The notes under the pieces were generated by a model. That model did not search any database. It worked only from the letters and a program-made list of their open reading frames with translations, and was not told the origin of the DNA. A stretch of DNA of 27,232 bases from the NCBI GenBank assembly GCA_964575495.1, contig CAZNRV010000207.1, forward strand, positions 1-27,232. The letters are read 5' to 3'. The translations under genes and the position numbers were made by a program. The DNA comes from an uncultured bacterium. Lineage in GTDB: Bacteria; Hydrothermota; Tepidihabitantia; Tepidihabitantales; Tepidihabitantaceae. The stretch's first letter is position 1. Every line of letters starts with the position of its first letter. Positions 17,527-24,244 of the stretch are shown here, one piece after another.

Positions 17527-17651
17527 ATACAGGAAAGTCATATCTGGGAGGCAAAACCGTGAATAACTGTCAGCATCCCCAGTTTGATGCCGAGAACAAT
17601 CGCTGCCGCACCAAGAACAGCAAAAGTAATGAGGATAAGCCGGCGCTTCAT
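17514..17651 (-). CDS. 45-aa membrane-anchored probable selenoprotein with a C-terminal UxxC motif (CD1871A-like); absent from the ORF track
   Basis: Manual translation gives MKRRLILITFAVLGAAAIVLGIKLGMLTVIHGFASQI-U(TGA 17540-17538)-LSCMGLV-TAG. The U-x-x-C-x-G ending matches the C-x-x-C-x-G ending of small CXXC proteins found upstream of 4Fe-4S membrane proteins (recalled). A SECIS-like hairpin follows the TGA. Confidence 0.85.
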
Positions 17652-17659
17652 AAAGTAAA

Positions 17660-17737
17660 TCTCAATCTCAAAGCACTAAACCCTAAACAAACCATAAGCC
17701 ACGAACTAAAAACCAATTCGGTCATTTCGAGCTTGTT
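17660..17737. repeat. degenerate heptamer-like run plus a GTCATTTCGAGC...GAGAAATC REP-like half element
   Basis: GTCATTTCGAGCTTGTTGAGAAATCC at about 17711-17736 has the same architecture as the GTCATTGCGAG...GCAATC element near 13700; adjacent low-complexity CTAAA/CAAA repeats. Confidence 0.5.
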
Positions 17738-17775
17738 GAGAAATCCCTCTCCTGCCCATTAGAATTTTTCATATT

Positions 17776-19227
17776 TTATATCCTGCTGATTAACTGCACC
17801 TTCACCCCGCGGAAAGGCGCCTCATACCGGCAGACTCCACCGGAACAGGTATAGCCTCCTTTTTCTGCGCCAATCCTTATCCTGAGCACATTGCGCTCAT
17901 TGATGTTGTAAACCGTCTCAAAGACAGGCCATGACTTTTGATTATCATACCGTTTCAGCGAATCCTTGTCCACGCCCTGCCAGCCAATAGTAAAAAGCCA
18001 CTTCTCGCCATATCCATAACTCAAGCTCACAGCCGGCTCGTGATATAACCAGCGCGCGCCTTTGGCAGTGTCGCTCGGTCTTTCATCAACCCAACCCAAC
18101 TCCGCCTCCAGCCCAAAGGTATGCTCGCCAAAAAGATAGTTAATCAGGAGAGCTGGGCGGTCGGTTATCCGCCCTTTTGTTCCCAATTCAATATTTCTCT
18201 GCAGCATATGATTAAACTTGCCTTCAAAAGTCCAGTTAGTGTTAGGCGAATACCGCGCCTTTGCCTCTGCTTCCAGCACGCCGGTGCTCGTGTCATCGTG
18301 GACAAAAAGCCTGCCCAGGTCCACACCTAAATAAAGTCCGGTTAAAGGCATCCCTGAGACCTCTAAACCAAATCCTCTTTCATCCACCCCCCGATTAACT
18401 GCCACCCCGGACTTAATCGGTGTGGGTTGGTCATTGTAATGGTAAATTCCCTCAGGAAAGCCCAGACGGGTGTAATCAACAAACTGACCGACAAGAGAAA
18501 CTCCGGCAAGGCTGGCGCTCGTATTTATTACATAACCAAAACCATTTTCTCTGCCGCCAATCCCCGGTCTTGTTCCTAACCGCCAGCACACCTCGCCCCC
18601 AATGCTCGCCAAACCGAAATCAAGCCTGACATCACCACCAAAAAGTTCGGTAAATGCCTTGGCGCTGGGGTCGACATCGCGATTAATCCGCACATATCTT
18701 GAGCCAAAACCTAAAAACCTCACTGGTCTTGAACTCAAATTAGCGCCTAAGATCTGGTCAGTGCTATCCAGTTCATTCATTAACTTATAACTGTTCTCCT
18801 GAAAAAACACATCCCTTAGCCTTCCGCCCAGAAGGGTGATTTCGCTGCGCAAAGGCAGCCTCAGAATCCCTCTCACACCGTGCAGGCTTTTGTAATGCCG
18901 GAAGTCGTCATCAGAATAGGTCGCGAGCGCGAGACCCTGACCAAAGGTGGCAAAAAATCTTCCGAGCCTGATTTCCAGCTCCTTCAGGTTATAGCCGATT
19001 GAATAATCAAACAGCCGCAATGGTCTACGCACCTCAGGGCTGTGCTTTGACGGTTCAAACAAAAGAATCCCTAATTCTGCATCAAAATCACCATAACGGG
19101 CTGTCAAATCAAGCTTATCCTCAAGATGGGTTGCCCACTGCTCTTGGTATGCCCAGAATTCTGCCCGGTTGCTACCCTGAATGGTAAAATTGGTAGCAAA
19201 GATGGTGGTGAGAAGGATAAAGGTCAC
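17776..19227 (-). CDS. probable outer-membrane beta-barrel protein with a C-terminal Cys pair (DUF6029-like)
   Basis: Alternating amphipathic beta-strand pattern throughout; RLGRFFATFGQGLAL; C-terminal GAEKGGYTCSGGVCRYEAPFRGV resembling the GG..C.GGVCR motif of DUF6029 (recalled). Confidence 0.7.
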   Translation of the reverse strand: MTFILLTTIFATNFTIQGSNRAEFWAYQEQWATHLEDKLDLTARYGDFDAELGILLFEPSKHSPEVRRPLRLFDYSIGYNLKELEIRLGRFFATFGQGLALATYSDDDFRHYKSLHGVRGILRLPLRSEITLLGGRLRDVFFQENSYKLMNELDSTDQILGANLSSRPVRFLGFGSRYVRINRDVDPSAKAFTELFGGDVRLDFGLASIGGEVCWRLGTRPGIGGRENGFGYVINTSASLAGVSLVGQFVDYTRLGFPEGIYHYNDQPTPIKSGVAVNRGVDERGFGLEVSGMPLTGLYLGVDLGRLFVHDDTSTGVLEAEAKARYSPNTNWTFEGKFNHMLQRNIELGTKGRITDRPALLINYLFGEHTFGLEAELGWVDERPSDTAKGARWLYHEPAVSLSYGYGEKWLFTIGWQGVDKDSLKRYDNQKSWPVFETVYNINERNVLRIRIGAEKGGYTCSGGVCRYEAPFRGVKVQLISRI

Positions 19228-19243
19228 CAGACCGCCTACCTAT

Positions 19244-19810
19244 TCATTTCTGTTCGTGCGGCCCCTCACCAGTTGGTTCCTCTTCTTTTTTCTCCTCGGG
19301 GAGCCATTTGCCCATCTCTTCGGCAATTCTTTTCTCATCGCCCTTCTTATAGCCGATATGGGTATAGACAATCTCGCCATCCATATTGATGAGATAGGCG
19401 GTGGGTTTAATGATGATATTGTATGCCTTTTTTACCTTCTGTTCCTGATCAAGTAGCACGATATAGGGCCATTTCTTGGCAGCAACAAACGCTTTAACCC
19501 TCGGTTCATCTGAAGGCTTATCAACCGAAAGCGCGACAATTTTCAACCCTCGCTCCTTTAGTGAATCATAAACTGGCACCAGCGCGTCCAGCTCTGCGAT
19601 GCAGTTCACGCAGGGTAAATCCCAGCATTCCATATAAACTGGGCCTGTCTTCAAAAGCTCCCAAAGGGTTACCTCATTTCCTTCGAGATCGGTCAGGGTG
19701 AAATCCGGCGCCTTTTCATACTCGGTCTCCTTACTTTCCGCCTCACTCCCGCCGTTTAGACCGAGAAGCAGACCTAAAACCACCAAAAACCTCCAACTGA
19801 ACCTAATCAT
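19244..19810 (-). CDS. TlpA-family thiol-disulfide oxidoreductase, exported
   Basis: Signal peptide; APDFTLTDLEG, WDLPCVNC (CxxC), IVALSVD, PTAYLINMDG; start overlaps the upstream stop (ATGA). Confidence 0.9.
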   Translation of the reverse strand: MIRFSWRFLVVLGLLLGLNGGSEAESKETEYEKAPDFTLTDLEGNEVTLWELLKTGPVYMECWDLPCVNCIAELDALVPVYDSLKERGLKIVALSVDKPSDEPRVKAFVAAKKWPYIVLLDQEQKVKKAYNIIIKPTAYLINMDGEIVYTHIGYKKGDEKRIAEEMGKWLPEEKKEEEPTGEGPHEQK

Positions 19811-20604
19811 CTTGTCTCCTCTCCTTCAACTCTCCGCTTAGTCACAGATTGAAGCACCGCCTTTGTGCTGAGGTCCTGAACCGAAACCGCCACTCCAACG
19901 TGTGTCTTCTGATAATCGCGGACATTAGTTACCAGCAGTGTATCAAAATCCTCTCCGAACTTCAGGTTTATTGGAATCCCGAAACTGTCGCCAATCACCT
20001 GACGGACCGTCATTGGTGCATAGGTTGTGTCGCCGATGAGTAACGAATAATATGGGACGCTGTCCTCATAGACAATTGCCACCAGCCTCAGGCTTGTCAT
20101 GGTGTCAATCACTGAATCGGTCGGTATAATTCTGACCCGGAGCCGCAGCGTCGCAGAGTCGATGCTGGTGTGAATGCTATCCAGTTCCATCTCAAGGAAT
20201 GTCTTGCGCGAGCGTGCGGCGTCAATCATATCCCGATATACCGGATAGAATGAGTCTGGAATCGTAACTTGGGGTGAACGCAATGAGCCGTTAAAGAAAG
20301 CTAAGGGCGCCTCCAGTCCGACACCATACCATTCATTCCTGGCGTTGCCTGCCGGCGAAGAAAGTTGCGGATGGGTTTCGGCCGAGTAATAAATCACAAA
20401 AGCCATAGAATCGCCATAGAGGTATTCCAGACTGTCAAGCGCCCGCGCCGCGGACGCACAGTAGTCTCATTCATCCAGTGGTGTTGAAAAGAGTTCAACC
20501 AGAACCACACGGTTTGCCTCACGGACAATCTGCGGTGCATCCGAACAAGAAATCGTTATCAGCACCAAAGCGATGGCGGCAAAAAGCAACAAGCGGTACT
20601 CCAT
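19807..20604 (-). CDS. Omp28-like thioredoxin-fold lipoprotein with selenocysteine (UxxC), 265 aa; joins track ORFs 20467..20766 and 19807..20406
   Basis: The two ORFs are in the same frame, separated by a single TGA at 20469-20467. Read-through gives MEYRLLLFAAIALVLITISC (lipobox)...RVVLVELFSTPLDE-U-DYCASAARALDSL...YGVGLEAPLAFFNG...RLVAIVYED...VAVSVQD...VLQS, typical of Omp28-like Trx folds. Confidence 0.85.
20431..20462 (-). promoter_or_regulatory. SECIS-like hairpin in the Omp28-like gene
   Basis: After the TGA: GACT, ACTGT, GCGTCCGC, loop GGC, GCGGGCGC, TTG bulge, ACAGT. This gives 5-bp and 8-bp stems with a G-first loop starting 17 nt after the TGA. Confidence 0.75.
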
Positions 20605-20611
20605 AAGATAA

Positions 20612-20639
20612 ATTTTAGTTACTGTTAGCTTACAGTCAA
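20612..20639 (-). promoter_or_regulatory. promoter of the selenoprotein cluster, probably leaderless, with an internal palindrome
   Basis: Minus strand: TTGACT (20639-20634), 16-nt spacer, TAAAAT (20617-20612), 7 nt, then ATG at 20604. ACTGTTAGCTTACAGT (20621-20636) is a 14/16 palindrome. Confidence 0.65.
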
Positions 20640-20713
20640 GGAAAACCCCTGACTCGGCACCAAGAATAAAGATATTACTTGACAGAGACTGGAAATGGGT
20701 CAATCTATTATTG

Positions 20714-22123
20714 ATGGCAAAAATGAGAATAAACCTGTTGCTGTCTGTTATTGTGTTACTCGGCACTGCGGCTGAATGGGACAGTATTATCAGGTTGACC
20801 GATAATAACCGCGCCCAGGTTTTGGGTTTAAGTTATCAGAAAAGCATAGCGGTTGGACCAGAGGGAAATGTCTGGGTGTTCTGGCAGGACCGGCGCTCAA
20901 CACCGTATCAAATCTGGATGCGTAAGTTTGACCGGGTGCGCCAGATGTGGCTGCCCGAATCGCAGTTGACCCGTGTGCCCGCACAGACTAATCCGCCTTC
21001 TGCTGACTGCGATCAGAGCGGTAATGTCCATCTCTTTTGGCATATTGAAGACGGTCAGTATGCGGGAATATGGTACAAAAAATATGAGAATGGTCAGGGA
21101 AGATGGCTAGACGATACTCTCCTGGTGTCCGCGATTCTGCCCTATCTGCGCAAGAATCCGGTGGTTGCAACCCAGCGCGGTGGTGATGCGGTTCATATCG
21201 TGTGGTTTGGCAATCCCGATACCGGCGGGAATTATCAGGTTTTTCACAGGGAGTGGCGCCCCGGTTCAGGCTGGCTGCCGTATGAACAGGTGAATACTGC
21301 CATCTGCCCGCATGAGGCCGTCTCGATCGCAGCTGACAATAATAATAACTTGTGCGTTGTTTGGTTGGGTCAGGATTTCGGCAATCAGCGCAATCAGGTT
21401 TTCTGTCGGCGCAGGATTAATAATATCTGGCAGAATGTGGAACTGGTCTCTGAATTTCCCAGCGATTTGGCTCAGTATTCTCCCTGCGTTGCTGCCAGCA
21501 TAAACAGCAACTGGCATATCGTCTGGCTGGGGAATGTTTCCGGTCAATTTTATCAGCAGGTTTACCATCGCTTACGTACCCCTGAAGGCTGGAGTCAAAT
21601 CTTTACGGTCAGCCGCGGTGTAAACTATCAGCAGGGAACACCATCAGCAGATTGTCGTGAGGAGAATGAATGCCACATTGTCTGGCGCGGCAGGACCCAA
21701 GCCTCACCTGACAGATATCAATTGTGCTACACTTTCAGGGATAAATATGGTAACTGGAGTCTGCCTGAACAGTTAACAGAAATTGACACCAGTAATGTTG
21801 ACCGGCCGGCAATCGTCTGCGACTCCGGTTATGGTCTGCATATTGTTTATCAGGATGAATCTTCAGGCAACCTTGATGTCTATTATCTTTACGGCTGGAT
21901 AGAGGGGATTGGCATTTCCGAAGATATAACTGACAGGAGTGACCGCACTCTCGTTATCCTGAGGTCATTCCCGGAGTTTGCAGAGGGCGCTAAGATTTAC
22001 AATCCTCTCGGACAGCTAACTGGTAAAAGCGCTGCTGGGCTGGGCAGTGGCGTTTATCTGATTGAAACTAACAGCGGCACCAGGCGGCTTGAAAAGATAA
22101 TCGTTTTGAGAAAACCCCGATAG
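20714..22123 (+). CDS. secreted beta-propeller protein with a T9SS/Por-like C-terminal sorting domain
   Basis: Signal peptide; repeated blades (VWVFWQD, VHLFWH, VHIVWF, LCVVWL, WHIVWL, CHIVWR, LHIVYQD); C-terminal KIYNPLGQ...LGSGVYLI...KIIVLR. Confidence 0.7.
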   Translation: MAKMRINLLLSVIVLLGTAAEWDSIIRLTDNNRAQVLGLSYQKSIAVGPEGNVWVFWQDRRSTPYQIWMRKFDRVRQMWLPESQLTRVPAQTNPPSADCDQSGNVHLFWHIEDGQYAGIWYKKYENGQGRWLDDTLLVSAILPYLRKNPVVATQRGGDAVHIVWFGNPDTGGNYQVFHREWRPGSGWLPYEQVNTAICPHEAVSIAADNNNNLCVVWLGQDFGNQRNQVFCRRRINNIWQNVELVSEFPSDLAQYSPCVAASINSNWHIVWLGNVSGQFYQQVYHRLRTPEGWSQIFTVSRGVNYQQGTPSADCREENECHIVWRGRTQASPDRYQLCYTFRDKYGNWSLPEQLTEIDTSNVDRPAIVCDSGYGLHIVYQDESSGNLDVYYLYGWIEGIGISEDITDRSDRTLVILRSFPEFAEGAKIYNPLGQLTGKSAAGLGSGVYLIETNSGTRRLEKIIVLRKPR

Positions 22124-22145
22124 CGATTTAAATTAGGTAGGTTTT

Positions 22146-23417
22146 CTACTTTTGGCGTCGGAAGCGGAGTTTGGCAGTTAGCGTCAGGTCGCTGTTAAAC
22201 AGACGGGCGGCAACAAAAACGGTCACCGCGGCAAACAGAGTGATGTAAACGAGCCCGGCAAAAATCAGGGAATAGTTGCTGAAAATTAAAGCCTGCGGCA
22301 CAAGGAAGGGATAGGAGAAAGGAATCGCCAGCAGAAATATTTTCAAAGGTAGTGACAAGGTCTGAATGTCAAAGAACATGGTAAAGAAGTAGGGGACCAG
22401 GCACAAAATCATTAAGGGGGCGATTGCCGCCTGGGCGCTCTTGGCATCCTCTGAGAAGACCGCCAAGAGTGTGGCAAGTGCCAGCGCGGCAAGGATGGCG
22501 AGGAAGAGGGTGATGCCGATTAAAATTATGCCTTCGGGGGTGAGATTTAAACCTAAGGTAGATGCGATGTTGGTGTTAACCGGCATCTCTTGTGGCCGCT
22601 CGGAAAATGCGGTAGTATAATATGCCATCGCTACCATAAAGATGGCCGAGATGACAAAAGCGGCAACCGCCGCACCTAACATTTTCCCTAAAACAATTGC
22701 CACCCGGTTGATAGGCACTGTCAGAAGTGTCTCTAAGGTTTTGTTTTCCTTTTCCTGTCCGATTGATGCGGCAATCATCTGACTGGAATAGATTATGACC
22801 ATTAAAAGGACGATTGGAATCAGAAATGTCTGGGAGATGACCAGCCGGTGGATAATTTCCGGGCTACCCCGCGCAACCTTGCTTTTGACAACGACATATT
22901 CGCCGGTCTTGAGCGGGTTCTGAATGTTTTCCGGCTCCAGTCCCGCCGCAATCTTTTTTAATTGGCGCCGGGAAAGTTCGGCATTAATCTGTGCGAGGGC
23001 GGACTTGACTTTGACACCCCGGATGCTTTGGGCAAAGGAAAATCCCTTGATAATTGAATAGGCTTCAACCGTCACCGGCTCAAACCGAGCAAACCGCTCA
23101 TCAAGGCTTTCGGGCAGAACTATGAGCAGGGCAAACTTCTCTTTTTGCGCCCGCTCAATAGCACTTTGCGTTTCCTCTTGGGTTCGGGTGATTAAAAGCC
23201 CGCTTTGCTGGAGCCGGCTGACTATAGTGTCAGCGATTGCTGACGCTGCTCTAACCAATACCAATGCGGGCTCGGGTGCGCCTGCCTTTTTCCTTTCGCT
23301 GCGAATTGCCCTGCCAATGAAAAGGAAAAGGAGCATTATTGCGAAAAAAGGGACAAGCATTTTGCGGGTCAAAAGCTCCCGCATCTCTTTAAGGATTATC
23401 GTTCCAAGGACTCTCAT
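22146..23417 (-). CDS. ABC-2 type exporter permease (NatB-like)
   Basis: IILKEMRELL N-terminus, large periplasmic loop, SIGQEKENKTLETLLTVPINRVAIVLGK motif, C-terminal TM helices. Confidence 0.9.
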   Translation of the reverse strand: MRVLGTIILKEMRELLTRKMLVPFFAIMLLFLFIGRAIRSERKKAGAPEPALVLVRAASAIADTIVSRLQQSGLLITRTQEETQSAIERAQKEKFALLIVLPESLDERFARFEPVTVEAYSIIKGFSFAQSIRGVKVKSALAQINAELSRRQLKKIAAGLEPENIQNPLKTGEYVVVKSKVARGSPEIIHRLVISQTFLIPIVLLMVIIYSSQMIAASIGQEKENKTLETLLTVPINRVAIVLGKMLGAAVAAFVISAIFMVAMAYYTTAFSERPQEMPVNTNIASTLGLNLTPEGIILIGITLFLAILAALALATLLAVFSEDAKSAQAAIAPLMILCLVPYFFTMFFDIQTLSLPLKIFLLAIPFSYPFLVPQALIFSNYSLIFAGLVYITLFAAVTVFVAARLFNSDLTLTAKLRFRRQK

Positions 23418-24136
23418 CGCTCTGCCTTAAGGAACACCTCTTCAAGATTGGCGCTGTTGTAGCGGGATTTCAGTTCCGCAGGCGTGCCCACCGCGATGAC
23501 TCTTCCCTCCCTGATTATCGCCACCCGGTCAGAGAGAAACTCAACTTCCAGCATATTGTGCGATGACAAAAGCACGGTTGTCCCTTTGTGGGCAAACTCC
23601 TTTATCCGCTGGCGGATTTCGGTTGCGTTTTCAACGTCCAGCCCTGATGTCGGTTCGTCAAGAATTGTTAGTTTTGGTTCGGTCATCAGGGCGCGGGCAA
23701 GCAACAGTTTGCGTGCCATACCTTTGGAATAGGTGCTTACTTTGTCCTCAATTCTTCTGCCGAGGTCGGCAAGCTCACTGCCTTTTGCTACCAGTCGCTC
23801 GCATTCAACCGTGTCTTTGGTATAAAATGTTGCCATAAACCGCAGGTAATTCAGACCAGAAAGGTTGCGATATGCTCCTGCCTCCTCGGGCAGGTAACTG
23901 ATAACCTTGCGCACGGCGCTTGCCTGTTTGACCACATCCAGACCGAAAACGCTCACTGAGCCTGCGGTAGGTTTTAAGAGGGTGGCAACGATGCGCAAAG
24001 TTGTGGTCTTGCCCGACCCGTTCGGTCCAATCAGCCCGAAGACTTCGCCTGGATTGATGTTAAAGGATAAGTTATCAACCGCTCGCAATGTGCCGTAATT
24101 ACGGACAAGACCTTTGACCGCAACCGCAGTTTCCAT
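23414..24136 (-). CDS. ABC exporter ATP-binding protein (NatA-like)
   Basis: Walker A GPNGSGKT, signature YSKGM, Walker B ILDEPTSGLD, H-loop SSH. Confidence 0.95.
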   Translation of the reverse strand: METAVAVKGLVRNYGTLRAVDNLSFNINPGEVFGLIGPNGSGKTTTLRIVATLLKPTAGSVSVFGLDVVKQASAVRKVISYLPEEAGAYRNLSGLNYLRFMATFYTKDTVECERLVAKGSELADLGRRIEDKVSTYSKGMARKLLLARALMTEPKLTILDEPTSGLDVENATEIRQRIKEFAHKGTTVLLSSHNMLEVEFLSDRVAIIREGRVIAVGTPAELKSRYNSANLEEVFLKAER

Positions 24137-24141
24137 GTGGA

Positions 24142-24169
24142 ATGATAAGTATTAAAAACCTGATTGCAA
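24142..24169 (-). promoter_or_regulatory. promoter of the ABC operon, probably leaderless
   Basis: Minus strand: TTGCAA, 16-nt spacer, TATCAT, 5 nt, then ATG at 24136. Confidence 0.6.
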
Positions 24170-24207
24170 GTTTGACGGCTGACCATTTTCGATATCACCG
24201 AAAAAAA

Positions 24208-24236
24208 TTGACATAAGAAAATTTTAATTATAAAAT
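24208..24236 (+). promoter_or_regulatory. promoter of the S8 protease gene
   Basis: TTGACA (24208-24213), 17-nt spacer, TAAAAT (24231-24236), 8 nt, then ATG at 24245. Confidence 0.75.
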
Positions 24237-24244
24237 TATTAAAA

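Noticed and set aside
17559-17762. Plus-strand 67-aa ORF
   Set aside because: It is the antisense shadow of the small selenoprotein and adjacent repeats, with no recognisable features.
2708-19810. Additional Sec read-through at other TGA stops (ilvE, S55, TPR, MFS, TlpA)
   Set aside because: These proteins are complete at the TGA, and several TGAs form ATGA overlaps with the next start, so they behave as normal stops.
19807-20766. Two separate genes or a nonsense pseudogene, as in the ORF track
   Set aside because: The single in-frame TGA falls at the CxxC position and is followed by a SECIS-like stem, so read-through is more parsimonious. The track's 20766 start also overlaps the divergent gene and its promoter.
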